A DNA stretch of 64,000 nt, filler included, from Stramenopiles sp. TOSAG23-6 (GCA_900128565.1; 5 parts of 5 records of this genome joined end to end with filler, not necessarily neighbours in it); one strand, 5' to 3'. Counted from the first letter of the whole stretch, positions 23,024 through 35,477 are shown. Program-made: numbers and translations. The notes: generated by a model from the letters alone, not told the origin.

Positions 23024-25026
23024 ATGGTGGGGATATCAGAGAGTACTGAAGCCAATGTTAGTGAAAAAAATACTTCCGACACAAATACTGATCTCGTACC
23101 CTCAAATAATACTTCTCCCTCAGTATTATTAAAGCGAAAGCAATGTTCAGAAAGCAAAGCATGTGCATCTGAGGACGATCTCCCTTTATCAAAGCGTCCT
23201 CGAAAAATGAGTGAATCCAGCGTTCTACCAGTTAGTGAAGGCTGTACCACAGATGTAGTTGAGAATAAGGAACAACTTGGCGAAGATGGTTTAGCCAAGA
23301 AATTCGTTGATAATACGTGCACCAATAAGGCGCCCACTGAAGACACTAACATAAGTGTCAAAGTGATGAGTGACACTAATAATGCGAATGTTACAGGGGA
23401 GTTAGATGGTCGAATTGCTGTAGAACAAGAAGCTCAGTTTAGCACGGACAAAGCTACAAATGAGGAAGTTGGTATCAATAAAACAATAACAAGTATTCCT
23501 CCAATTATTCAAGATAAAGTATCTTTGCTTGTTTCAAATATTGCTGATACCCCTGTTGCGAATAACGTTTCTATGATGATTGCAGGAATGCAAGACAACA
23601 ATACTACTTCACAAGATAACAATACTAATACACAAGATAACAATACTACTACACAAGATAACAATACTACTACACAAGATAACAAAAATACACAAGAGAA
23701 CAATACTAGTTCAAGTTGCGTAGTTACTGAAGCTGATAATATTAATAATTCTTTTGAAGAAGCATACCAAGGAGATAAAAACAAATCTGTTTCAAGTAAT
23801 GATACAAATAAAAAGGCAATATCAAATAATACGGCAATGCAGGTAAAAGTGGCTCCACCTTTTATTTCAAGCAATGAGTCAAAAGAAGTATCGATACGAA
23901 ACAATTCTGCGATCGATACAGATAATGTTGATACAACTAGTGATGGATCATCAGAAAGTCATTCTCATTCTGATTTTCCTGATCCAAACTATTTCCGAAA
24001 AGGATACGATCTTAATGGAAACCCAATGTTTCCTTTTCTTTCTTCTTTAGATGCAAAAATTGCAAAACAACGAGAAAAAGATAATAATCATATGAAAAAT
24101 GATCAAGAAAAAAATGAAAAAAAAAATGATTTAAAGTTTAAAGATTCAATTCCGTCACTTCTGGCAATCAACATTCCGAAAGCGACTGTAAAACGTATCA
24201 TGAAAATTGATGACCAAGTATCAAAAGTTGCTGCTGATGCTGTCTTTATAATGGTACGTCTCATCATGAAATTTAGTTTTTTTTTCATACGACACTTTGT
24301 ACCTAACGATTATTTTTTTGAATGTTTTTTTCATACGAAATTTTGTACCTNACNGNTGNTTTTTTTTNAATNTTTNTTTCACAATACGCAAAAGCAGCAG
24401 AATTATTCGTTCGCAATTTTTCACTTCGATCTTTTGTAGGATCTATAGTAGATCGTAATAGTATTGGAGGTCGCCGAGATATTCGTTACGAAGATGTAGA
24501 AAGGTGTGTTCATCAAGCATCTGAATTTGGTCAAGACTGGCAGTTTCTTTTGCCACGTGTCATTCCTCCACCAATAGAGGCTTCTGTGAAACAACGAGCA
24601 CTTAAACCTCTATCAAACAACAATACACGTAAGTTGGCAGAATCAAAGAGTGGTATTACCAAAGCTATAAAAGTTAATACTTTACAGAATAATGAAGACT
24701 CCCAACATCCCCCGAAAAATGTTGTTGATGATGATATAATGGAAAGTAAAGCAATGGAAATAGATACAACAATGACGGAAACTACTAAAATTATTGAAGC
24801 CAATAAAACAGCGGATACAGCAGCAGTAAATGTTAAGGAAGTTGAAAAAATCCCAATTGAAAGTACCATTGAAGATACTTCTAATAAGGATAAAGAGGGA
24901 AATGAAGCTGAAAAAATCCCAATTGAAAGTACCATTGAAAATACTTCTACTAATAAGGATAAAGAGGGAAATGAAGCTGAAAAAGTCTCAATTACAATTG
25001 TAGATACTTCCACTAATAATCCCTAG
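23024..25026 (+). CDS. H2A-like histone-fold protein (NF-YC/POLE4/CHRAC15-like) with long low-complexity tails
   Basis: IPKATVKRIMKIDDQVSKVAADAVFIM|AKAAELFV; RRDIRYEDV. Confidence 0.75.
23591..23710 (+). repeat. 21-bp coding tandem repeat (QDNNTTT)
   Basis: caagataacaatactactaca about six times. Confidence 0.85.
24254..24387 (+). mobile_element. Introner-like intron, GT...AC, duplicated core, low-quality bases
   Basis: Restores DAVFIM|AKAAELF. Confidence 0.7.
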
Positions 25027-25077
25027 ATTTCATAATATTTTTTTGTTTATACATATTTGTAAAAGCTTTTTATTTTC

Positions 25078-25893
25078 TCAATTATTACTTTTTACCTTTC
25101 CATACGTAAAATTTGACACCATTGAACCAAACAATATTGAAGCTATTACACCACAGCACATACCTTGTGAAAATCCTTTTGTTTTTATAGTTTTTAAGCA
25201 CATGTTTGCAGCCCAGCCAAAATTTTTCTTTTTGCTACATCTTTTTCGAATAATTGGTCTTCGACGTGATTCAGTCTCAATATAATTTACTATGTCATCA
25301 ACAGTTGAAAAAACACCAAGAATTTCATTTGGAGGCATATATAAAATACCTGAGCTGTAGGCTGTTTCCATTTGTTGAACGAATCCATCGTAATATCCGT
25401 CGACGTTGAGCAAGGCACAAGGTCTGGGATTCATTTGAAGTGCTCTCTCACTCACAACCTCCCATATTTCATCCCAAGTACCAGTACCACCAGGTAAAGC
25501 GATAAAACAATCGGCGTTATCGGATAAGCCTTTTTTCCGCTCTGCAAGTGTACTGCCACCAACGATGTGCAATTTTTTCTGAACTCCACTAAAGGAAAAG
25601 TCGTCCGAGGCCCACATTTCATGAACAACACCAATAACTTCTCCACCAGCTTCAGTAGCCCCATCATTCACTGCACCCATGCAACCGTATATGCCAGCAC
25701 CATTCACACATATATGACCCCGCTTTGCCAACGTAACACCAAGTAAATGAGCCGCCTTCAAGAAAGTTTCGTTTGTTTTCTGTGAGCTGGAACCATACAC
25801 ACACACACGAAGACGCGAATCTTTCGTAGAGTTTGTGACTTTGCAAGCACTTAAACTATTGTTAATCAACCCACCAGCTCCTTCTGTCGACAT
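25078..25893 (-). CDS. LOG family nucleotide phosphoribohydrolase
   Basis: VCVYGSS, GCMGAV, ERKK, ALPGGTGTWDE, LLNVDGYYD. Confidence 0.88.
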   Translation of the reverse strand: MSTEGAGGLINNSLSACKVTNSTKDSRLRVCVYGSSSQKTNETFLKAAHLLGVTLAKRGHICVNGAGIYGCMGAVNDGATEAGGEVIGVVHEMWASDDFSFSGVQKKLHIVGGSTLAERKKGLSDNADCFIALPGGTGTWDEIWEVVSERALQMNPRPCALLNVDGYYDGFVQQMETAYSSGILYMPPNEILGVFSTVDDIVNYIETESRRRPIIRKRCSKKKNFGWAANMCLKTIKTKGFSQGMCCGVIASILFGSMVSNFTYGKVKSNN

Positions 25894-26260
25894 CGATATA
25901 TTATATTTCTTTAACCTTTTACACACGTTGTAGAACTTAGGGTACACTCTACGCTCATGTGAACAAGTAGTACTATAGTTAGCGATAGTTGGAGTTGTTA
26001 TGCATTCCAAACCTACAGAAATCAAATCATCAAAAAAATGACATCTTAATATTATACTAATAATTCTCACACGAAATCTGATTCTGTCTATACGAAGGCA
26101 GCAAAAAAAAAAACAATTTGGTCGACGTCACGACGATACCATAACAACATTATTATATTATTATTATTATTATCATTTATTAGTTGAGTTTTTTTGTTTT
26201 TTTTTATCCTTGTTCAGGACGTTCTCATATCCCTCATATAACAAGAACATGGAGGAAAAA

Positions 26261-26360
26261 NNNNNNNNNNNNNNNNNNNNNNNNNNNNNNNNNNNNNNNN
26301 NNNNTTAATTAATTAANNNNNNNNNNNNNNNNNNNNNNNNNNNNNNNNNNNNNNNNNNNN
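26261..26360. other. Artificial contig linker
   Basis: N-run with TTAATTAATTAA. Confidence 0.95.
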
Positions 26361-26449
26361 TTTCAAAATTGAATTTCAAATTTTTTTTTTGTACTATATT
26401 TTGTATCTAACAAAAAAAAATGAATTTAAAATATTTTTTCATAATACAT
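26361..26449 (+). mobile_element. Partial element copy at contig start
   Basis: TTTTGTATCTAAC...ATATTTTTTCATAATAC-AT. Confidence 0.7.
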
Positions 26450-27961
26450 CATTCTAAAGCATTTCTAGGGTTTGGTATGCTGCCACTTGGTAATAGTGAA
26501 AAGAGAGCAAATGAGTCGCAACTCTCTGAAAGTCATAAAATTGCTAATACACACTTAAATATTGGATTTTCTGCGGCTAAATTGAATGAAATATGCGACC
26601 TTTGGATACCTATTTCGGCACCACCTGTCGCACCGCATTCTTTTCAGGTTGCACCACGCATCTCTGGCTTTTGTTCCATGCAATCATCACATGTTTCTTT
26701 ACAATCAAAATATGAAATGGGTGCTTTAATTGCATCAGGAATTGATACTTTAACACTTCCACTACGTACAAAAACAGTTACTTCTTATAATAATTTAAGT
26801 AACCTGAATAATGAGTATATTGGGACTCAGCACAACATATATAATTCAAAAACGAATGGAAATAATGTACGTTGGCGATTAGCGGACTTGACACGTGGTA
26901 TGCGACCTAAGACTTCCCTTCGTATTGCTTCTATGTCTCTTTTACTTCCTATTCCAGTACCTTCAATGAATGGATATACTTCGGCAGCACATGGGTATGC
27001 GGCTGGATGTCCTTCATTTTGTACTGCTGAAGCACTGAAAAATATCATTAGTACACCATCACAAGCTCTTTATTCAGGAAAGCATCCTTTGATGATTCCT
27101 TTGTCTCCAATTACAAAACATTCGTTTGGTACAAAAATTGGTACGGAATACACTCATGCTACATCAATGCAACCCTTTGCACATGCATCTGTTTTGCGAG
27201 GTGTAGATATTTTAGATGGTGATGGTAATGATGTACTTGAAAATATATTACGAAATCAATCTAGATGTCAACATCGTGGTATTGCCGCATATGGTTCAAC
27301 ATTTGGATTATTATCGCCAAGTGGTTTTCGGTGTATGCCTTTAGTTGCTACTCGAAATTCAACGAAAATTTCGGATTCAAACACTTCAAATGTCTCAAGG
27401 CGAATGCATGAAAATGGATCCAGAGATACCAGAACTAAAGATGGATCTCGTGTAGCACGTAATGCATCACAATATTTGGATACTACCACTACTACTAAGC
27501 ATGATAGTAATATCTTGTACACAATAGACCAGATGGAGCGTGTTGTGGTATCTCGAGTAAATGAAAAACAGTCTGAAAAACATCTCAATGTTCAGGCGTT
27601 GGCAACTGCTGATGCTGTAAGAAGTGCTTTACATGGAACAATGTCTTTTGAAGATGTTGAAGCTGCTGCTGCTGCTGCTGCGATGGCCCGAATGCAACAA
27701 GAAACAAAGACAAATAATACAGAAATTTCTGGAAAATCCACCAATCCAACTGCTGAAATTGTTACTTCGTGTCCCGCTTTAGTGTATGCACAAAATTCTC
27801 GTGCCTTACTACCTTTTTTGAGATGTACAGAAAATGACTTTTCGAGTAAAAATGCACGTGCAGAATATCGCAAATATGAAGCTTTTGCTTTTGATGATGA
27901 AGACTACGTGGAATCAAAAGAACAATTAACGAAGATTGCAGATGTATATGAAAGGACTTAA
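26450..27961 (+). CDS. Probable Misato/DML1-like protein, C-terminal exon
   Basis: ALIASGIDTLTLPLR and C-terminal ESKEQLTKIADVY resemble Misato as recalled; not verified by search. Confidence 0.55.
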   Translation, partial: HSKAFLGFGMLPLGNSEKRANESQLSESHKIANTHLNIGFSAAKLNEICDLWIPISAPPVAPHSFQVAPRISGFCSMQSSHVSLQSKYEMGALIASGIDTLTLPLRTKTVTSYNNLSNLNNEYIGTQHNIYNSKTNGNNVRWRLADLTRGMRPKTSLRIASMSLLLPIPVPSMNGYTSAAHGYAAGCPSFCTAEALKNIISTPSQALYSGKHPLMIPLSPITKHSFGTKIGTEYTHATSMQPFAHASVLRGVDILDGDGNDVLENILRNQSRCQHRGIAAYGSTFGLLSPSGFRCMPLVATRNSTKISDSNTSNVSRRMHENGSRDTRTKDGSRVARNASQYLDTTTTTKHDSNILYTIDQMERVVVSRVNEKQSEKHLNVQALATADAVRSALHGTMSFEDVEAAAAAAAMARMQQETKTNNTEISGKSTNPTAEIVTSCPALVYAQNSRALLPFLRCTENDFSSKNARAEYRKYEAFAFDDEDYVESKEQLTKIADVYERT

Positions 27962-28131
27962 TGAAAACAACTAAATTGTACCACTGTTTTTTTTATCATT
28001 GGACATATACGCAATTTATTAAATAGAACATTTTGATTTTGAGTAAATAAATTGGATATTTTTTTGCTTGATTGAAAAATGCTATTTTATTGTTTTGTAA
28101 CCAATTAACCAACTATTAATCTATTCGTGTG

Positions 28132-29325
28132 CTATTTGTGTGCGTTGAATTGTGTACATAAACCTTCTGCAACCAAAAAAAAGTCTTGTAGTCCTTCCAG
28201 TGGCTGTTTTAAAGTGACTTGTGCAAGTAGATTCTTTCGAGCACATTTCCGCGAACCATTGATTGGTTTTCCTTTACAAAATGATATACTTTCATTTGTG
28301 CCTGTTCGCCGAAATTGGAACCACATTCCATGCTGATATGCATTTGAACATTGTGGAAATGCCTGAGAAAAGTAAAATCCTTTTGATTCTCGATCAGTCT
28401 TTGCATACTTAGTATCTTCGACAGATGGTCGAACTACAATTTCTTTAGGACCAAGCACCATGTATTGTTGTTGCTCTGTGAGCTTTTTAAATCTTGGGTC
28501 GTCCAACGACACGATTGGATCTTCCCCACAAGCAACATTAAAGTCGTGAACTATCTTTGAAAACTTTTCACAATTCTCCTCGTCACTTTTATCTTCAAAA
28601 ACAGGTGGGAAAACCATTCTTGATATCGCATCCCATCTTATACGACCAGAAGTATCACCATGCGTACAAGCAACATCTAATGAGTAAAGTAACTCCTCTG
28701 CATTGGCAAAGCGGCTTGGTGCAAAAACAAGATCACCCATAGCGCCACGACCTGCTTCGATGGCACAAAGCATTTTCGGTACGAAAAGGGTGACATTTCG
28801 AACGCGTTTGTCCAACACCATACTTGAAAGTGCGGGGAAAACTGTATCGAGTGTTGGCATTTCCTTTGGTGCGATATGTTTTTCAAATGTTGTGTTTTCA
28901 GTATTCTTTCCCAATAATCGGCGAGGACAAAGTGCAGCTTCAGAAGCTTCCACATCTTCAACGCTTTTGATTCGAAGCAAAACAATTGACGTTGAACCAA
29001 AATCATATTCTAGTCGGAGTGAAAGCCCAACTGCTGGCTGAAAAACATTTGCGAGCACCGTTGATTTATTACGGGATTGTCCCACGTCACCAGCTGAGTC
29101 CTCATATCCATGAGGGCCAACGTAACTTGCCTCACCCCAGTCAGTCGGTTTGACGCCAACTGAAAGGCGCCACATATGTCCGTCGACATCTCCGTCACCT
29201 TGCCGGTCATCGTCGAGAAATTCTTTACAGACTAACTCTACAAGATTGAAAACCGTTTGAGATGATAGAATCTGAAGATCAATTTGCTGATCAAGAATCT
29301 CGAATATTAGACTTTGTTGCTTCAT
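28132..29325 (-). CDS. Hypothetical protein
   Basis: About 397-aa open frame; LEYDFGS motif. Confidence 0.7.
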   Translation of the reverse strand: MKQQSLIFEILDQQIDLQILSSQTVFNLVELVCKEFLDDDRQGDGDVDGHMWRLSVGVKPTDWGEASYVGPHGYEDSAGDVGQSRNKSTVLANVFQPAVGLSLRLEYDFGSTSIVLLRIKSVEDVEASEAALCPRRLLGKNTENTTFEKHIAPKEMPTLDTVFPALSSMVLDKRVRNVTLFVPKMLCAIEAGRGAMGDLVFAPSRFANAEELLYSLDVACTHGDTSGRIRWDAISRMVFPPVFEDKSDEENCEKFSKIVHDFNVACGEDPIVSLDDPRFKKLTEQQQYMVLGPKEIVVRPSVEDTKYAKTDRESKGFYFSQAFPQCSNAYQHGMWFQFRRTGTNESISFCKGKPINGSRKCARKNLLAQVTLKQPLEGLQDFFLVAEGLCTQFNAHK

Positions 29326-29530
29326 TGTTATAAAAACAATTTGGAATTGTGAACTCCGAATAAGCACAAACGAAAACTAACTTCCTTGTGGTATGAAGAC
29401 CAATCAAATCTATAAATAATTCTCCGACTGACTCGAAAATCAATTCGAATTAATTCGAAAAAATTCAGAAAATTTTTTCCCATCGACTTCGACTTCGTCT
29501 TTTATAATTCTTTTTCAATAATAAATATGA

Positions 29531-29788
29531 ATGAGTCGCGCAATCTCTCTATTTCGTCGATATAGACGAGGTATTCTACAGTTACCTTTTCCATTGCATG
29601 TTCGTAAGAAGCATTTAGAAAATCTGAGAGAAGTATTTGAATTATATCGTGACGAAACTTCTCCTGTGTTGATTGAAAAACTTCTTCAGGAAGGAGAGGA
29701 AGATCTTAAGACTCTTTTCCCGTTGAGGAATTTGGAGGAATCAGAAAAGCGTCTGCTCAATCTGCGTGATTCCCTTGATCAAAAGTAG
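29531..29788 (+). CDS. Small LYR-motif-like protein
   Basis: ISLFRRYRR...REVFE...IEKLLQEG pattern, 85 aa. Confidence 0.5.
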   Translation: MSRAISLFRRYRRGILQLPFPLHVRKKHLENLREVFELYRDETSPVLIEKLLQEGEEDLKTLFPLRNLEESEKRLLNLRDSLDQK

Positions 29789-29840
29789 TTTAAGGTATAT
29801 TTTAAATTACTTTTTTTTTTGATATATATCTGCCTAAAAT

Positions 29841-31774
29841 ATGAGTATTAGGTCTGAAAATGCTGGTGCATCCGAGGTAGATGTTGAACTTGGTTACTTC
29901 CGTTGGTGCTTATCTATGGCTGTTGTCAGTAGAACACCTTTACTCATTGATTTTGAACGCATGGACTTCACAAATGAAAATCAAACTCATGTGAAACAAA
30001 CTAATTCTTTTGAACAATTTGCTGATCACAAAAATAATTCATCAACTCGTTCTAGAAAGGCTTTACTGTCGCTATTACGTCACCACTTATCACCTGACTT
30101 TGATGTTCGACATATGAGATTTACACCTTCAACTGAACCAGAAGAATTTTATTTATCAAATATTGGTAATATTGATCGTAACCGTGTCACTAAAAACACA
30201 TTCTCTACTGAAAATTCTGACTTTAAAGGAGAACAGAACGATGAGAATTTGCAATATAGTGAAAAGAACACCTTGGTTGAAAATTTGTTTGAGACTAATG
30301 CTACTGAGGTCAATCTAGGTAAAATGACATGTAATAATCTGCAAGATGTTGAAAATAGTATACCAAATGAAAGCGTCAAAAAAGAAAGTTTTAATCAAAG
30401 TTCAGGCCAAAATTCTCACCAAAATTCTCACCCACACTCAAGACCTTTTTTGAAAGCTCCAAGTTTAACCCCAGAATTACGTAGAGCTTTTATGGCATCA
30501 AGAAATTCCGTCGATATAGCTTTTGTTGGTCAACAGGGTGTCTCTGGTGATGCTGTACATCAGGCGCAAAAATCAAAGGAATCAAAACAGCACAGACTTT
30601 TTGAAGAACATGTATGTTTTTATCATGAATTTCAAATTTATTTTTTTTGTAGCAAATTTCGTACCTAAAAAAATGTACCAATGTCCAAAATATTTTTTTT
30701 CACAATACATCTTATCTTAACAGCTCCAATATTGGGTAATATTTTAATTGTTGAAGATTTTGATCTTGCTCCTGAACACACACAAAAAAGCTTGCTCAAT
30801 ACAATGCGGCAAGGTATTTTGAAAGTTAATGTGGGTCATATTTTGAAACGAGTCCAAAACCTGTCAAAAAATCAGAATTTCTCATCGAATTCTGAAAAAA
30901 ACGAGTTTGAAAAGTTTTCTTGTGAAAATCCAGAGGAGATAGACTTATCAATCTCTCTTGCGGATCAATTTATCATATTAGCCACTGTTTCAGGCCCAAG
31001 GCTTTGTAACTCATCCAATTTATCCCGACAACCAAAACAAAATATTGATATTTCTCCTTTGGGTAGCCGGGTACCTCGAAGTGTCTTGGAACATTTTTTG
31101 CTTCGATTTGCACCTTCACCTGCATTGCTTGAAGAATATCGAAAATTATCAAATTCTCAGGAAGAGGATAATAATATAGCAAAAGAAATATATAGAAGTA
31201 GTATATGTATATCTAGTTATATTGGTATTATTCAATTACTTACTTCACCTTCTGAGCCACTGAAGGAGACAAAGTTTAGTGGTGAGAAAAAAAAACAATT
31301 TTCTGGCCCACTTGTCTCTCCTACTATAAGAAATATAAAGACTAACTCTTATGATTCAATAGATCAAGAGAAAGAAACAAATTATGTGGAATCGAAAAGT
31401 AGCAATTCTCCGGTTGTTTCGAATGGTGTGGAGAATACTGCCACCATTCGATTATCGTTTGATAGTTCAAAACAGTTGTCTAAAGATGCAAGAAATGTCC
31501 ATATTTCAGTAGAGTTGGATAGAGCAATACATGATATCTTGGTAGGATTACGCACGCATCATTGGGTGGTAGGTCATACGCGATACCAAATGATCTTGAA
31601 GCTATCGCAAATGCAACTTTGAGTCATCGCTTTAGTATTCGACGTAAAACTGTACAAATGATGAAGAAGTCCAAGAGAGTGAGGAAGAAAATATCGAATA
31701 GCCAGAAATTATACAACGTAGATCACTCACAGACAATTATTCAAAGTGTTTTGAATTCGATTTCATTCTACTAA
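29841..31774 (+). CDS. Degenerate MoxR/chelatase-type AAA+-like protein; apparent frameshift near 31565
   Basis: ILIVEDFDLAPEHTQKSLLNTM; VHISVEL..LRTH; GRSYAIPNDL...LSHR in a second frame. Confidence 0.5.
30612..30710 (+). mobile_element. Introner-like intron, GT...AT, CAT repeated
   Basis: FEEH|LILTAP in frame; the next AG is out of frame. Confidence 0.8.
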
Positions 31775-31867
31775 GAAAAAATATTCAAAATAAAACATAA
31801 ATATATATAGCACAACAAACAATATTTTCCTCTTTTATCAATAGAGATTTTTGATTAATGACAATAA

Positions 31868-34398
31868 TTATTTTCTCCGTTCTAATAATTCTTTTTTTGC
31901 TTTAAAGAATGCGTTCATATCTGATTTTTTCTGTTTTTTTTCTGTCGCTTTAAATATTCGTGTATTGTTGGATTCCTTTTTTTTAGTCGACAGGTTTGAC
32001 ATTTCCTGAAGCCATAGTTTAAAACTTTTAACTACGTTAGACCTATTTTTTTCCATCATACGTTGTATTGATTCAATTTCTTTCTTCAACTGACGGAGTT
32101 CTGCAAACTGTTCTTTGTATATATTCTTCTTTTCGTTCATTTTTTCTCTCAGTCTAACTTCTATATCTCTACTTTTTTCATTATTTTTTTCCTCGGCTGT
32201 ATTTTTATTTTTATCAGCGTCACTATTTAACACATCTTGATTTATATTTTCACGATATCGCCATTCTTCTATTTTCTGTTTAATTTCGTTAATTTGTAAT
32301 CTTGCATCATTCACTAACTTTCCCGCTGCTTTAGCAGCATTAATCTTTATTTTTAACTCCCTTTTATTCATATCAATTGCAGCTTCACCTCCAGCTTGAG
32401 ACCAATGCTGACGGAAATATTCGAATGAAATTTTACCATCTGACAAAACTTTTACATCATCTGGGAATGGAATACTTCTCGGGTCTAAATCTAAATGTAC
32501 AGACTGTTGTAAATCAAATGACTTAATTTGTCGATTTTCATTTGCGCAGTGACTAGTGTTTTCAACTGATGTATATGAAAAGTTATCCGATGTTTTTGTC
32601 TCTCTTGTAGATACTTCAAAATCCCCTCCAGTATGACTTTTGCTCTCATGTTGATGTGATAGATGGTGACCACCTCTATTGTTCACTTTGTTGGTAAGAT
32701 GAAAAATTTCTTGGTCTCGTTGATGGAGTTTTTGTCTTAATGCATTTATTTCGTTGTGCATTATCTGAATATTATTTTCATCAGGTCTATTTCTATTATT
32801 CGATTGCTCATCATACTTGGAATATTTTGTTGATTTTGTTGATCTTTCTCTCACAATATCACGAAATATTGTAAATGCTGTTTGTATTCGTTTAAAAGTA
32901 TATTTATTGCCTAGTGATAAGTGGGTATTTTCATGATTGCTTATTAATGATTTATCGTCGACAAAACTTTCAATTTTTTTCTTCAAAAATTCAATTTCGG
33001 TTGTTGTCATATTTATGTCTACTTCGTTTTCATCAGTAGTATCAGATTGTTTCAAAAATAGAATTTCTTCCTTGAGTTTCCGTACTTCAGACTTCAAACG
33101 TCGGATGAGTAATGTTGGGTTTATCTCTTCATTTATATGTGCTTTTTGGCGAACTAAAGCAACTCTCTGTGCAAATCTACATGTACTCAAAGACTCTTCA
33201 AGTTGAGGTATATCTGGACTCATCGTAGCAACCATTGAAGTTAAACAATTTCCCCCAAGTGAGTCTCGTAATATTGATGTCATCATAGAATTTCTGTAAG
33301 GAATATGCCCTCGTCCATGTTTCAGCCTCTCATGTAGTGCAATGATTACCATTTGTAAATAGTGCAGAGATTTATTTATATACGATGCTTCTTGTAATAA
33401 TTTCCCAGATGTATTGTGAAAAAAAACACGAAACTTTACCAAAAAAATCGTTAGGTACAAAATTTCGTACGAAAAAAACATAAATTCGAAATTGAAAAAA
33501 ATAAAACACACAAGTGCCATGTTTGTGAGTTCTCTCTGACCCAGCAAGGTCGACAAGGTTCAATTTTGAATGCTTTATTGTATCACTGCCATACTTCCTT
33601 TGTTCAATAGATATTGTAAACACGCAATGACTCCGTGAAGAATTTGCGTTCATCGCGGTTTCTGCAATTGCACGATTTGTATCACCTAGAAATAGCAAAT
33701 TTAAAGCTTCTTCCTCATTGTTCGCAAGGTGCATGTATTTTGAAAAAATATTTTGAAAAAAATCTAAAAACAATTGTTAGGTACAAAATTTCGTACGAAA
33801 AAAAAACGAAAAAAAAAAAAATAAAAGATAAAAAACGAATTTGAAAAAAATAAAAGATACATGCTCAAGTTCCTTAAGTTCAACGAGCCAGCTTCATCCT
33901 CAAGAATACTTATTTTTTCTCTTTCTCCTCCCTGATTATTTTGGTTTGGTGATAATAAATCAAAACCTTGTTCATTATAGATTTCCAGAAACGAAATGTA
34001 AACTTGAAAATGAGTGTCTTGATATTTTTCATCTTTAAAAGAGTTGAAAAGATATGATAAAGTACGAGGAATTACACCTCTCTGGTCATATCGTTCGACG
34101 CCACCAGTGATTGTAAATGTTTTACCAGATCCGGTCTGGCCATAAGCAAATATAGTACCATTAAAACCTTTTAGTTGAAGACATCTTCCTGCGTTGCAGT
34201 CTCACCAAGCAAACCATTAAATTTATATGAAAAATTCGTGCGAGTATTATTCACCATATTTCGTTGCTTCTCAATAGGAACACGGAAATATACTTTCCCT
34301 TCATCGGGTTGAATTTCGTAGAAGTTACTGGATTGTTTGCTTGGACGAATTCTTAAATAAATGCGAATATTTGAAGTTCCTGTTTCTTCGTCGGCCAT
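31868..34398 (-). CDS. Kinesin-9 family (KIF6-like) motor; apparent short deletion and stop at 34171
   Basis: GQTGSGKT, EEALNLLFLGDTNR, NANSSRSH, DLAGSE, YINKSLHYL, HIPYRNS. Confidence 0.9.
33409..33511 (-). mobile_element. Introner-like intron, GT...AT
   Basis: Restores DLAGSERTHKHGTSGKLLQEASYINKSL. Confidence 0.85.
33733..33860 (-). mobile_element. Introner-like intron, GT...AT, AT repeated
   Basis: Restores LRNLSMHLANNEEEAL. Confidence 0.85.
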
Positions 34399-34895
34399 TC
34401 TATATCTAAATTCAGCAATTAGCTATATATTAGTTTATTTTTGTAAAGCAAAGTTACTTGAACTTCTATATATCACTCTCATGTTGCGATATTATAAAAA
34501 TAACGAAGGGAGTTGTTCAAATTTTTGTTTTTATTCCGATTGCTACTAGCTATAGTAGGTAGTAGTAGTAGAGGTACCCTTGTAGTAGTCCTATAGTAGT
34601 AACTTACAAAAATAAATACGTTATTTTGCGTTAAAAAAAAGTATAGTAGGGTTAGGGTTTATATCAATCTCAAATCATCGAGTCATTTTCGTCGACATCA
34701 TCATCATCGACTCATCGACTCGTAGGACTCTAGCTAGAGTAGTGTAATTAAGGTGGTGAGTGACCACTCTTCATAACCCAAATCGCTGTGCCATTATTAA
34801 CACCATATCTAGAAATCCTTCAGTATAGTTTATATATTTATTGTGAGCTTACTCTAACTACATTCTGTCTTTAGTGATTCAGTCCAAAATAGTTA

Positions 34896-35477
34896 ATGAG
34901 TTCTTCTGCAGTAAGCGGTACAGATTCAACAGTAGTTGCTCCCAACACTTCTACTGGAAAAAGAAAAAATGTAGCATCAGAAATTCTCATACCGCAAGCA
35001 TCGGTAGCTCGTATTATCAAGTCGATATTACCGAATAGTGTTCAGGTAGGAAAGTGTGCCAAGCAGTATTTTATGCTTAACCAACAAACTGCTGTCGATT
35101 TTTTCAACACTTTGTTTCATGACTAACTTTTTTATTTGAAAATATGATAACCTTCACAACACAGAGCGTTTGCACGGGCTGCAGGAATATTTGTCTTATA
35201 TGCAACTGCTACAGCAAATGAATTTTGTAAAGAGAATAAGCGACAGACAATCTCTGCTCAAGATGTCTTATCTGCCATGGAAGAACTTGACTTTGATGAT
35301 TTCTTGGAAACCTTACAGTCTTCTCTAGAAGAATACAGAGCTGATCAAAATAAAAAAAAGCAAGTCAAGAAAATGCAAGAAAAAAGTTTAGCGCAAAGTC
35401 GTGAACAAAACAACAACAACATGGATGTAGATCCCCCTGTGCCTGTAATGCTGCCGCAAGAACAAATATCGAAGTAA
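34896..35477 (+). CDS. POLE3: H2B-like histone-fold protein, DNA polymerase epsilon subunit 3/CHRAC17-like; GT-AG intron 35066-35164
   Basis: IPQASVARIIK..AKQ|AFARAAGIFVLYATATAN..KRQTISAQDVLSAMEELDF. Confidence 0.8.

Noticed and set aside
23024-35477. Linked POLE4-like and POLE3-like partner genes
   Set aside because: They are on different contigs separated by a linker.
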